This document shows, piece by piece, positions 63,331-64,000 of a stretch of DNA of 64,000 nucleotides. The DNA comes from Candidatus Marinacidobacterales bacterium (GTDB lineage Bacteria > Acidobacteriota > Vicinamibacteria > Marinacidobacterales > SMYC01): the NCBI GenBank assembly GCA_965237955.1, contig OZ250169.1:2880001-2944000 (forward strand). The letters are read 5' to 3'. The translations under genes were made by a program, and so were the position numbers. The number at the start of each line of letters is the position of its first letter. The stretch's first letter is position 1. The notes under the pieces are model-generated. The model did not search any database and was not told where the DNA came from. It saw only the letters and a program-made list of their open reading frames with translations.

Positions 63331-64000
63331 TACTTCCGAGGTTTCGACGCCCGAACCGGCAAGCGCCTCTGGATCTTCCACACGCTCCCTGGGCCGGGCG
63401 AGTTCGGCAATGACACTTGGCTGAACGACTCCTGGCAGTACACGGGCAACACGGGAGTGTGGGCACAGGTCACCGTAGACGAAGAGTTGGGCATCGTCTA
63501 TCTGCCCGTCGAGATGCCGACGGGCGACTACTACGGCGGTCACCGGCACGGAGACAATCTGTTCGCCGATAGCCTCGTCGCGCTCGATCTCCATACGGGT
63601 GAGCGGATCTGGCACTTTCAGACCGTTCATCATGATATGTGGGATTGGGACCTGCCGTGCGCGCCGATTCTCGCCGACATCGTCGTCGATGGCCGGCCCA
63701 TCAAAGCCGTCGCCCAGCCGACCAAACAGGGATTCGTGTTCGTCTTCGACCGGGCAACAGGGGAGCCGGTCTGGCCGATCGAGGAGCGTCCCGTCCCCCA
63801 AACGGACGTACCGGGCGAGCGGACCGCACTCACCCAACCGTTTCCGACTAAACCGCCTCCCTTCGAGCGACAGGGCGTGAGTCTCGACGACTTGATCGAC
63901 TTCACCCCGGAGCTCGCAGCGCAGGCAGCCGCGCTCGTTTCGAGCTACCGGCTCGGTCCGATCTACACGCCGCCGTCACTCGCGAAGGCTCCGGATGGCA
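63331..64000 (+). pseudogene. PQQ-dependent (glucose-type) dehydrogenase fragment, runs off the window
   Basis: [52 protein letters not shown]. Confidence 0.85.

Overview
A 64-kb, GC-rich, extremely mobile-element-dense bacterial region. The host is possibly Acidobacteriota-like, judged only from the Oar-type TonB receptor, ASPIC/FG-GAP and CotH genes. Three layers explain most of the sequence. (1) A 1.43-kb rve/DDE-integrase element with about 102-bp terminal inverted repeats ending 5'-CGTCCTGTGCCAAAACTC. It has one complete copy (60180-61608) but 20 termini in the window, which cut through or bracket unrelated gene fragments. (2) An IS110 element (two complete copies, one truncated) always found in the right inverted repeat of an IS256 element or its MITE. 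Its 5' non-coding region contains a candidate bridge RNA that spells both recombination junctions. (3) Conventional IS5/IS903, IS3, IS21, IS256 and IS6 elements, MITEs, two group II intron 3' remnants and DUF2924-serine recombinase modules. Cargo includes a decaying copper/heavy-metal cluster, two FG-GAP/ASPIC paralogs, a TonB receptor, a CotH protein, a probable selenocysteine peroxiredoxin, an alpha-carbonic anhydrase, two CBS proteins and a 31-unit AEP(D/E)A repeat protein. I found no rRNA, tRNA or CRISPR array. All calls come from manual reading without database searches, and several 1-bp indels could be sequencing errors.
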